A stretch of DNA of 64,000 bases from Alphaproteobacteria bacterium. Lineage in GTDB: Bacteria > Pseudomonadota > Alphaproteobacteria > JAAXGF01. Every line of letters starts with the position of its first letter. The first letter of the stretch is position 1. Below are positions 10,403 through 19,095 of the stretch, piece by piece. The translations under genes and the position numbers were made by a program. The notes under the pieces are model-generated. The model made no database searches. It was given only the letters and a program-made list of their open reading frames with translations, and was not told where the DNA came from. Where the stretch lies: positions 1,504,001 to 1,568,000 of the forward strand of contig CAUVXB020000002.1 of assembly GCA_963555825.3 (NCBI GenBank), written 5' to 3'.

Positions 10403-11009
10403 AATCGGCCGGGGCGAATGGAAACGCCCGCGCTGATTCCACGGCCTGAACGAACGCTTACCCCTGGACCAGGATGCGCACGCCGTCATGATGTGCGACG
10501 GCGCCGGTTGGCACGACGAGCGCGCCCTCACCGTCCCCGACAACGTCACCTTGGCGCTGTTGCCGCCTTACAGTCCCGAACTCAACCCAGTCGAGCGGGT
10601 TTGGCTCTACCTACGCGAACGCTTCCTATCGCTCCGCGTCCTCGACGACACCGAGGCCATCATCGACGCCTGTTGCCAAGCATGGATCGACCTCATCGCA
10701 GAACCGGATCGTATGCGAACCCTCTGCGCCTATCCATGGATCATGAAGGTGATTTCATAGGCTCACTGGTATTACACAGTCTGGACCCAACCCGGACATT
10801 GAGATTTGATTTGCTACCTGGCGATTGGTGCCTACACCGCCGTTTGCTGTATTGGGGTCGAGAGGGTATGTTTGGTCTGTATCTGGCATTGTCTGAGATC
10901 GCTTTCGATGCGAATGGCGTAACGCTGGGCGTCCTCCATAAGGCTGTGGAGAAGGCGACGTATCCCGGCATCGAAATAGAGCTATTGTCAAAAGTTGTGT
11001 ATGGGCTGA

Positions 11010-12254
11010 TCATGCGGCGGCGCGATCCTGGCGTTCTCCATCTACGAATTTGACGCCGCGAATGATCTCGGCGAGATGGTTCGATCCATCGAGTTTTCTC
11101 CATTTTCTCTGAGCGCACTGGCATAGTTTGAAGACCATGGCCATCGCCGTCTTGCGCGACAGGCAGCCCTTGGTCCGGTAGGTGCGCAGACGAACCGTGG
11201 CGAACGTGCTCTCGATGGGGTTGGTCGTGCGTACATGCTTCCAGTGCTCGGCGGGGAAGTCGTAGAACGTCAGCAGGACGTCGCGGTCCTTGGCCAGGCA
11301 GGCCGCGGCCTTGTCGTACTTCGGCCCGTAGGCTTCCAGGAAGAAGTCGAAGGCGCTCTCGGCATCCTTCCTGGTTTCGGCCATCCAGATGTCTTGCAGG
11401 CGCCCCTTGGCTTTCTTTTGCAGACCCTTGGGCAGCTTGTTCAAGACGTTGCCCGTCTTGTGAACCCAGCAGCGTTGCTCGCGGGCGCCTGGGTAGACTT
11501 GGCGGAGCGCCTTCCAGAAGCCGAGCGCGCCGTCGCCGAGCGCCAGTTGCGGACCCATTTCAAGGCCGCGCCGCTTGAGATCGAGCAGAACTTCGAGCCA
11601 GGACTGCTCACTTTCGCGATAGCCGTCGGCGATGGCGATCAGTTCCTTCTGTCCCTTGTCCGTGGCCCCGACGATCACCAGGATGCACTGCTTCTCTTCC
11701 TCCATGCGGGCGCTGAAATAGATGCCGTCCACCCAGAAATAGACGTAGCGCTTGGCCGTGAGGTCGCGCCGTTGCCAGCGCTCCGCCTCAACCCCCCAGA
11801 CCTCTTTCAGCCGGGTGATCGTGGAGGCCGAAAGCCCCGGCGCGGAGCTCCCCAGGAGCGCCGCCAAGGCTTCCCCGAAGTCGCCGGTGGAAATGCCCTT
11901 CAGATACAGCCATGGCAAAAGGTCTTCCAGGCTCTTGGCGCGGCGCAGATAGCGCGGCAGGATCGCCGACGTGAAGCGGATGGCGCCGTCCCCCCGGTCC
12001 CGCACACGGGGTTGGCGCACGCTCACCGGGCCGATCCCGGTCTGGATGAAGCGTTCCGGCAGATATCCATTGCGGACAACCCGGCGGCGGCCGGCGGCGT
12101 CAACAAGCGCCGCATGGCTACCCAAAAACACGGAGACCTCGGCCTCAACGGCTTGGGCCAACAACTCGCGAGCTCCAGCTTGTAGGACTTCCGTCAACGG
12201 ATCTTTCTGAAAATCAGATGGGTTTTGAAAAGCAACAACGGTATTCTCTTTCAT
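11010..12254 (-). CDS. IS256 transposase (same protein as 4735-5979)
   Basis: Identical 414-aa translation in the ORF track. Confidence 0.95.
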   Translation of the reverse strand: MKENTVVAFQNPSDFQKDPLTEVLQAGARELLAQAVEAEVSVFLGSHAALVDAAGRRRVVRNGYLPERFIQTGIGPVSVRQPRVRDRGDGAIRFTSAILPRYLRRAKSLEDLLPWLYLKGISTGDFGEALAALLGSSAPGLSASTITRLKEVWGVEAERWQRRDLTAKRYVYFWVDGIYFSARMEEEKQCILVIVGATDKGQKELIAIADGYRESEQSWLEVLLDLKRRGLEMGPQLALGDGALGFWKALRQVYPGAREQRCWVHKTGNVLNKLPKGLQKKAKGRLQDIWMAETRKDAESAFDFFLEAYGPKYDKAAACLAKDRDVLLTFYDFPAEHWKHVRTTNPIESTFATVRLRTYRTKGCLSRKTAMAMVFKLCQCAQRKWRKLDGSNHLAEIIRGVKFVDGERQDRAAA

Positions 12255-12342
12255 GGCGTATCCTTCCTTGGCTTAGCTCAAGTGGTGACATCAACAATCA
12301 CCAGGATACGCCGCCTTCATTTCAACGCCGTACACAAGATTC

Positions 12343-14143
12343 GACGGGGCGGTAAAAAGTCGATTCCTCATGAGAGTCGGCTGGATTATAATTGTGCATG
12401 TTTACTTTACGCGACCGACGGACTGGGGAATTGTTTGATCGCTGGTCCGATTTCGGGGACAAACGTCGGCGCCTGATGGAGCAATCCTGGGCCGGGGTTT
12501 TTCGGAACCATCTGCTTGTCGAACTTCCGGTTGACGATCTTTGCCGTCACCTTGATGAACGCATGGGCCGACCATCGAAGGATCTACACGTTGTCATCGG
12601 GGTCTTGCTTTTGCAGCAGCTGCACGATCTGAGCGATGCAGAGACCGTCGAGGCCCTGGCCTTCAATATGGCGTGGCACTATGCCTTGGACGTGCGCAGC
12701 GAAGCGGACAGCTATTTCTGTGAGAAAACCCTGCGCAACTATCGCCGTCTGTTTATCGAACAAGGTCTCGATGAATTGCTGTTCCGGTGTTTGACGGATC
12801 GGCTGGTGCAGGGGTTCTCTGTCGATACCAGCCACCAACGCATGGATTCGACGGCCCTTCGTTCGGCAATGCGGGCGCTGACACGACTTGGTATCGTTGT
12901 TGAGAGCATCTCGAAGTTTGCCCGTGAGCTTGAGCGATATCATCCCGGTCTGCACGAGCAGATCAGCAAGGAGGTGATCCGCCGCTATGTCGATCGCGAG
13001 GGTAATGGCGCGTTCGCGAATACGGCGCCGAGTGTTTCAAAACGGCGCCTCGGCGAAGCGGGTCAGTATCTCCTAGCCCTGGTGCTGCAATTCCGTGACA
13101 CGGCGGCGGCAAAGCTTTCCAGTTTTGCGATCCTGGAGAGGGTTCTGCGCGATCAGTTCGAGATCGTTGATGATGAGTATGGCGATCGTGACGCAACGCG
13201 CGCCGCGATTCGAGATCCAAAGGATGTGCCGTGCGATACCGTCGGCAATCCGGCCGACCCGGACGCGAGCTACAACGCGCACAAGGGTCAAGGATACATG
13301 GCGCAGATCGTCGAAACCTATTGTGAAGATGTCAGTAACGAGGCGGTTGCCGCGACACCGGACCTCATCACCCACGTGGAGGTCCACAAGATGACGGTGC
13401 ATGACGGCCATCGCTTAGCCGATGCGCTGGATGATCTGAGCGAGCGCGCGCTGACGCCGGCGGTGATGCTGGGTGATTCACATTACGGTTCCAGTGACAA
13501 CATGGCTCTGACGCGCGAACAGAACATCAATCTCGTGGCGCCCGCACGACCGCCGAAAGGCGCCGTCTCGGGACGGTTGACGTTGGAGGATTTCACTCTC
13601 AACGAAGAAGGCTTGGTCTTGCGCTGTCCCAATAACGTCGAACCGGTTTCAGCCTCGCTCGCCAAAGCCAAGCTGCAGGCCCGTTTCGACCTCTCCATCT
13701 GCCAAAAATGTCCCGATATACTGCGATGTCCCGTGCAGGCGGCCAAGCGTGACGGCCAATTTTCCCGCTTTCAATATACCCCGGCCAGGGCTGCCAACCA
13801 AAAGCGCCGGCTTTATGAACAAAGCGATGCCTTCCGCAACGTCTACAGATGGCGGGCCAGCATAGAAGCTACCATGTCGCGATTAAAGTACCAGATGAAC
13901 CTGGCTCACCTACGCATTCGCGGCATGCCGGCCATGCGCTACGTGGTCAATCTGCGTGCCCTCGGCCTCAATATCCGACGCTGCGCGGCAATCGCACCAT
14001 AAAAAACGAAGCCAAGGAGAAGCCAAGGATAGGTAATATCAGGTTTTATCCACCAGCAACGCGGAGACAGGCAAATATTCTTCACCGAACCGCAAAGACC
14101 TGTACAAGCACGCCATCGGCCAACAACTTTTTACCGCCCCGTC
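12343..14143 (+). mobile_element. IS1182/IS5-like IS (1801 bp)
   Basis: Perfect 18-bp IRs gacggggcggtaaaaagt; 7-bp TSD aagattc (12336-12342, 14144-14150). Confidence 0.9.
12398..14002 (+). CDS. DDE transposase (DUF772-type N-terminus)
   Basis: GRPSKD...LSDAE, QRMDST, DPDASYNAHKGQGY, GDSHYG, CQKCP...C, RASIEATMS. Confidence 0.88.
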   Translation: MFTLRDRRTGELFDRWSDFGDKRRRLMEQSWAGVFRNHLLVELPVDDLCRHLDERMGRPSKDLHVVIGVLLLQQLHDLSDAETVEALAFNMAWHYALDVRSEADSYFCEKTLRNYRRLFIEQGLDELLFRCLTDRLVQGFSVDTSHQRMDSTALRSAMRALTRLGIVVESISKFARELERYHPGLHEQISKEVIRRYVDREGNGAFANTAPSVSKRRLGEAGQYLLALVLQFRDTAAAKLSSFAILERVLRDQFEIVDDEYGDRDATRAAIRDPKDVPCDTVGNPADPDASYNAHKGQGYMAQIVETYCEDVSNEAVAATPDLITHVEVHKMTVHDGHRLADALDDLSERALTPAVMLGDSHYGSSDNMALTREQNINLVAPARPPKGAVSGRLTLEDFTLNEEGLVLRCPNNVEPVSASLAKAKLQARFDLSICQKCPDILRCPVQAAKRDGQFSRFQYTPARAANQKRRLYEQSDAFRNVYRWRASIEATMSRLKYQMNLAHLRIRGMPAMRYVVNLRALGLNIRRCAAIAP

Positions 14144-14506
14144 AAGATTCGGTTATAGCTCATCGAAATAGCGCCACCACCACAATCATAATGGAGAGAT
14201 AAATGGGCCCCGATGAGGCCAAGGCCCTCGCCAAGGAGTTTGATTTCGCGGGAGAGATCATCTGTCACCCAAATGCGTAAAACGCTGGTGTCGGGCCGGG
14301 TCGAATGTTGATCGTCAAGGCACCGGGAGACGAGCCGCGCATGGGCAGGGGCGCGGCGGAGTATCTGCGCGAACTGCTCCCTTACCTGTCAGCTAAACAG
14401 GAACCGGCTATTTCCGCCGTCAAGATGATTGCGGGGGGCCCACCAAAGGAAGTCTTGGATGGCGAGAGGATCGCCCTGGCGCGAATTGCGAAAGACGGCA
14501 ACTAGA

Positions 14507-14692
14507 ATGATTGCTGACGCTGACATCCAGCGCGCCGCCAAGGAGCTTGTCGAGCGCTATGGGGACAACGCGATTGCAGCGGCGAAAGAACGCGTCGAGG
14601 CTGTATCCACCTCAAAAGACCGGTCAGAGGTCAATTTGGCTCTGCGTGTTCTCTCTGCAGTGGAAGTTTTGCTCGCTGACGAGCGGTCATAA
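14507..14692 (+). CDS. Small hypothetical protein
   Basis: MIADADIQRAAKELVERYGDNA..., helical, plausible ATG at 14507. Confidence 0.5.
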   Translation: MIADADIQRAAKELVERYGDNAIAAAKERVEAVSTSKDRSEVNLALRVLSAVEVLLADERS

Positions 14693-14735
14693 GACGGGCC
14701 ACCGCCACGATGCTTCGCCAGTTGGTTAGGGATGA

Positions 14736-15041
14736 ATGATGCCTGACGGCCGAACGAACGCACCGATTTTGGATGCTTACGGCGTGGGTGATGGCCAATG
14801 CGCGGTCTGGTGCCAACACTGTGGTTGGTGGCACGTTCACGGATCATGCAATACCGTAATCCACGTCGCGGCCCACTGTGCCTGGATGCACCCAATGGAG
14901 GCTCCGCCGGACTTTCCTGGCGATAGCCCATATTTGGAGACCGGCTACTGGCTAAAACCGGCCGGCCCAGCCACGCCTGAGATACTTCGCGACGTGCGGG
15001 GTATACCGCCGCGAGAGCCAGTGATACCAGTGAGCGCCTGA
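14736..15041 (+). CDS. Hypothetical Cys/His-rich protein; last codons replaced by IS630
   Basis: WCQHCGWWHVHG...HC motif. Removing IS630 gives the end ...PREPVRH*. Confidence 0.5.
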   Translation: MMPDGRTNAPILDAYGVGDGQCAVWCQHCGWWHVHGSCNTVIHVAAHCAWMHPMEAPPDFPGDSPYLETGYWLKPAGPATPEILRDVRGIPPREPVIPVSA

Positions 15042-16199
15042 ATTGACTCTCGGGATATTCATTGATGGCGGATGATGGCGGATTGTGATTCTATGGTCTC
15101 CCACCAGATGTGGGGGATGTCATGGGATCAGCACTCAAGATACGGGATGATTTGACGCCTTTGGAGCTTCGGCGCTGGGCTCGCGTGGAATCGTACGGTC
15201 GAGCGGCGGCGCGGGCCTATGGGATCGCGAATGCTTTGGAGGAGATGCCCCGGGCTGATGCCGCGCGGCTTGCGGGGATGGATCGCCAAACGCTTCGCGA
15301 CGCGGTTGTTCGTTACAATGCAAAGGGATTGGAGGGGCTTCACGACCGTCCAAAGGGCTACTCGCCGCGGCGGCTGACGGCAGACGAGGAAGCGGCGCTG
15401 GCGGCGGTCATCATCGCCGGGCCGGAGCCTGAGCGCGACGGGGTTTGCGCCTGGACCCGGGCCGATCTGTGCCGCTGGCTGGAGGAGCGCTTCGCCAAGA
15501 CCTACCACCCCTCGAGCATGACCCGGGTTCTACGGCGGATGGGATTTTCCCGCCAGAAGGCGCGCCCGAGCCACCCGCGAAGGGACGCCGAAGCGCAGGA
15601 GCGCTTCAAAAAAGGGGGCTTCGCGACATCCTGAAGGCGACCGCCGCGGCGCATCCCGACAAGCGCCTACAGCTGTGGTTTCAGGATGAAGCGCGCGTCG
15701 GCAACAAGGGCCGGGTGTGTCACCGGTGGTGGCGCAGGGGCGAGCGTGCCCCCGGGACGCGTCAAATCGGCTACCAGTGGGCCTACATCTTCTCCGCCGT
15801 GCGCCCGGACACCGGCGACGACGTCACCCTGGTGATGCCGAGCGTCAACGCCAAGGTCATGGACCTGTTTCTCGCACACTTCGCCGATACCCTGGACCAG
15901 GATGCGCACGCCGTCATGATGTGCGACGGCGCCGGTTGGCACGACGAGCGCGCCCTCACCGTCCCCGACAACGTCACCTTGGCGCTGTTGCCGCCTTACA
16001 GTCCCGAACTCAACCCCGTCGAGCGGGTTTGGCTCTACCTACGCGAACGCTTCCTATCGCTCCGCGTCCTCGACGACACCGAGGCCATCATCGACGCCTG
16101 TTGCCAAGCATGGATCGACCTCATCGCAGAACCGGATCGTATGCGAACCCTCTGCGCCTATCCATGGATCATGAAGGTGATTTCATAGGCTTACTGGTA
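15025..16199 (+). mobile_element. IS630-family IS copy 2, intact (1175 bp)
   Basis: Ends taccagtgagc / gcttactggta; flanked by tga on both sides (15022-15024, 16200-16202). Confidence 0.93.
15122..16188 (+). CDS. IS630 transposase in two frames, probably joined by a programmed -1 frameshift
   Basis: HTH orfA to 15634; DDE orfB (FQDEAR, CDGAGWH, PYSPELNPVE) in the -1 frame; slippery AAAAAAG at 15608-15614, present in both copies. Confidence 0.9.
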
Positions 16200-16296
16200 T
16201 GAGACATTGAAAGACAGGCAAGGCGGCGGTTACGACCCCAACACCCAAGGTCACCCGGTATCATCGGCGCGGTACATTAGGTAAGTTGTCGGTCCC

Positions 16297-16578
16297 ATGA
16301 CCAAATCACAACTCATAGAGCGACTGGCCATGCAGAATCCGCACCTCACCCACCGCGAGGTGGATCGCCTCGTCAACGCCATCTTCGAGACGATCGCTGC
16401 TGGTTTGGCGCGGGGCGAGCGTATCGAACTCCGTGGGTTCGGTTCCTTCGCCGTCAAGGAGCAAGCCCCGCGAGTTGGCCGCAACCCGCGTACAGGCGAA
16501 ACGGTACACGTGGCGACGAAGCTCCGCCCCTACTTCAGGAGCGGCAAGGAGATACGCAGACGGATCAACGCCACATAA
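16297..16578 (+). CDS. ihfB: Integration host factor beta-like protein
   Basis: MTKSQLIERL...NPHL...RIELRGFGSF...GRNPRTGE...PYFRSGKEIRRRIN. Confidence 0.9.
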   Translation: MTKSQLIERLAMQNPHLTHREVDRLVNAIFETIAAGLARGERIELRGFGSFAVKEQAPRVGRNPRTGETVHVATKLRPYFRSGKEIRRRINAT

Positions 16579-16834
16579 GTGTTTGCGATATTGATCGGTC
16601 GCTGCCAGCAAGCTTGCCTATCCGGTTTACGCCCACACCCACTAGGGCTAGAATGGGCGCAAACCGGATATAGGGGAGCGCGCCATGGATGTTCTCGACC
16701 GCGCCGATCTCCCATTTGAGAACGGCAGAGCAATAATCCCCCACTGAAGCGGCCGGTCGATCCGACTGCGGCGGACCAAAATGGGACCGCGTATAGCCTT
16801 CTGTCAGGGTTGCTCTGACTGGAAGGCGGGGGGG

Positions 16835-18334
16835 ATGTATCGGGTGGAGTTGTACGCACGGGTTCGGCGGGCGTGTCATGTCGAGGGGATGAGCACCCGC
16901 GAGGCCTCGCGGGTGTTTGGTGTAGACCGCAAGACGGTCCGTAAGATGCTGTCGTTCTCGGTGCCGCCAGGGTATCGCCGAAGCGCGCCGCCGAGGCGGC
17001 CAAAGCTGGGTCCGTTCACGGGAATCATCGATCGGATCTTGGAAGACGATCGGACCAGCCACCGCAAGCAACGGCACACTGCGAAGCGCATCTTCGACCG
17101 CCTCCGGGACGAGTACGGTTTCACGGGCGGCTACACCATCGTGAAGGACTACGTTCGTGAGCAGGGGCTTCGGTCGCGTGAGGTGTTCGTGCCACTCTCC
17201 CATTCCCCCGGTCACGCCCAGGCGGACTTCGGCGAAGCGATGGCGGTGATCGGCGGCGCGTTACGGAAGATCCACTTCCTTGCCTTCGACCTTCCCCACA
17301 GTGATGGTTGCTTTGTTGCGGCCTATCCGGCGGAGACGACCGAAGCATTCTGCGATGGCCACAACGCGGCGTTTGCCTTCTTCGGCGGCGTCCCCCGATC
17401 CATCCTGTACGACAACACCAAGCTGGCGGTTGCCCGGATCCTGGGCGATGGGAAGCGGCAGCGAACGCGCGTCTTCACGGAGCTTCAGTCCCACTATCTG
17501 TTCGAGGACAGGTTCGGCCGGCCGGGCAAGGGCAACGACAAGGGCAAGGTCGAGGGACTGGTCGGCTTCATCCGGCGGAACTTCCTGGTCCCCGTCCCGC
17601 GTGCCGAGAGCTTCGCGGCCCTCAACGATGCTCTCGCCGAACAGTGCCGCCGGCGCCAGGCGGCGCGGCTGCGGGGCCACAAGGAGACCATCGGCGAGCG
17701 TCTCGAGCGGGATCGTCAAGTTCTCTTGCCATTGCCGCCTGCTCCCTATGATGCCTGCGATAAGCGCCCTGGACGGGCGAGTTCGCTGTCGCTGGTGCGT
17801 TACCGCAGCAACGACTATTCCGTGCCCGTGGCCTACGGCCACCGTGAGGTGCTCATCCGGGGCTACGTCGATGAGGTGGTGATCAGCTGCGGGGCCGAGG
17901 TGATCGCCCGGCACCGCCGGTCCTACGACAGCGAGGACCTGATCTTCGACCCGCTGCATTACCTGCCCTTGATCGAGCAGAAGATCGGCGCCCTCGACCA
18001 GGCCGCGCCATTGGCGGGCTGGGACCTGCCCGAGGCCTTCATCACTCTGCGGCGGCTCCTCGAAGCTCGTATGGGCAAGGCAGGCAAGCGCGAGTACGTC
18101 CAGGTGCTCCGTCTACTGGAGACCTTCCGGCTCGAGGAGGTCGAGGGTGCGGTCGGCGACGCCCTGCGGCTCGGCGCAATCGGCTTTGATGCGGTGAAGC
18201 ACCTGGTACTGTGCCGCATCGAGCGGCGGCCGCCCAGGCTCAACCTCGACGTCTATCCGTATCTGCCGCGCGCCCGGGTCGCGATGACGTCCGCCAAGTC
18301 GTACATGAGCCTGCTGTCGGGGCTCGGCGCATGA
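16835..18334 (+). CDS. istA: IS21 transposase IstA
   Basis: N-terminal HTH, QADFG, LYDNTK, KGKVEGLVG, SNDYSVP. Confidence 0.95.
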   Translation: MYRVELYARVRRACHVEGMSTREASRVFGVDRKTVRKMLSFSVPPGYRRSAPPRRPKLGPFTGIIDRILEDDRTSHRKQRHTAKRIFDRLRDEYGFTGGYTIVKDYVREQGLRSREVFVPLSHSPGHAQADFGEAMAVIGGALRKIHFLAFDLPHSDGCFVAAYPAETTEAFCDGHNAAFAFFGGVPRSILYDNTKLAVARILGDGKRQRTRVFTELQSHYLFEDRFGRPGKGNDKGKVEGLVGFIRRNFLVPVPRAESFAALNDALAEQCRRRQAARLRGHKETIGERLERDRQVLLPLPPAPYDACDKRPGRASSLSLVRYRSNDYSVPVAYGHREVLIRGYVDEVVISCGAEVIARHRRSYDSEDLIFDPLHYLPLIEQKIGALDQAAPLAGWDLPEAFITLRRLLEARMGKAGKREYVQVLRLLETFRLEEVEGAVGDALRLGAIGFDAVKHLVLCRIERRPPRLNLDVYPYLPRARVAMTSAKSYMSLLSGLGA

Positions 18335-19095
18335 CCGACACACCGCAAGTGCTGCTCGCCCACCACCTCAAGACGCTGAAGCTGCCGACCTTCCTGCGCG
18401 AGTACGACAAGATCGCCCGGCAGTGCGCCTCGGAAGGCGTCGATCACGTCCGCTACCTGTTGAGACTCGCCGAGCTCGAGCTGATCGACCGCGAGCGCCG
18501 CATGGTCGAGCGGCGCATCAAGGCGGCGCGCTTCCCCGTGGTCAAGAGCCTCGACAGCTTCGACTTCAAGGTCATCCCCTCGCTCAACAAGGCGCTGGTC
18601 CTGGAGCTGGCCCGCTGCGAGTACATCGAGCGCCGCGAGAACCTCATCGCGCTCGGCAACAGTGGGACCGGCAAGACCCACATCGCCCTCGGTCTCGGCC
18701 TGGCGGCCTGCCAGAAGGGCCTCTCGGTCGGCTTCATCACCGCCGCCGCGCTGGTCCACGAACTCATCGAGGCCCGCGATGACAAGCAGCTGCTGAGGTT
18801 CCAGAAGAAGCTCGCCACCTACAAGCTTCTGATCGTCGACGAACTCGGCTTCGTGCCGCTGTCGAAGACCGGCGCCGAGCTGTTGTTCGAGGTGTTCAGC
18901 CAACGCTACGAGCGGGGCTCGACCCTGGTCACCACCAATCTGCCCTTCGACGAATGGACCGAGGTGTTCGGCTCCGAGCGCCTCACCGGCGCGCTCCTCG
19001 ATCGCCTCACCCACCACGTCAACATCCTCGAGATGAACGGTGACAGCTACAGGCTCAACCAGAGCCGCAGGCGTCAAACCCCGACTGCTAACTGA
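18331..19095 (+). CDS. istB: IS21 helper ATPase IstB
   Basis: Walker A GNSGTGKT, Walker B LIVDELG, TTNLPF, LLDRLTHH; ATGA overlap with istA. Confidence 0.95.
   Translation: MTDTPQVLLAHHLKTLKLPTFLREYDKIARQCASEGVDHVRYLLRLAELELIDRERRMVERRIKAARFPVVKSLDSFDFKVIPSLNKALVLELARCEYIERRENLIALGNSGTGKTHIALGLGLAACQKGLSVGFITAAALVHELIEARDDKQLLRFQKKLATYKLLIVDELGFVPLSKTGAELLFEVFSQRYERGSTLVTTNLPFDEWTEVFGSERLTGALLDRLTHHVNILEMNGDSYRLNQSRRRQTPTAN

Larger units (their letters stand above)
6762..10461 (+). mobile_element. IS66-type element (3700 bp) with TnpC and a DUF4338 gene
   Basis: Perfect 26-bp IRs gtaagcgttcgttcaggccgtggaat (6762-6787, 10436-10461); 8-bp TSD ccctggac (6754-6761, 10462-10469). GTAA ends and 8-bp TSD are IS66 hallmarks. 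Confidence 0.93.
4505..10771 (+). mobile_element. IS630-family IS copy 1, disrupted by IS256 and an IS66-type element
   Basis: Ends taccagtgagc / gctcactggta. Pieces 4505-4703, 6088-6761 and 10470-10771 reassemble into a near-identical copy of 15025-16199. Confidence 0.92.
2830..10783 (+). mobile_element. IS1182-family IS whose right IR is split by the nested IS630 insertion
   Basis: Left end cagactgtgtaaaaac (2830-2845). Right IR restored as gttcttacacagtctg after removing 4505-10771 and one TTA copy. Confidence 0.85.
10979..14161 (-). mobile_element. IS256-family IS copy 2, terminal IR interrupted by another IS
   Basis: Same ends as copy 1; 9-bp TSD atcgaaata (10970-10978, 14162-14170). 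Confidence 0.93.

Noticed and set aside
4704-14161. Composite transposon bounded by the two IS256 copies
   Set aside because: Each copy has its own distinct 9-bp TSD, so they inserted independently.
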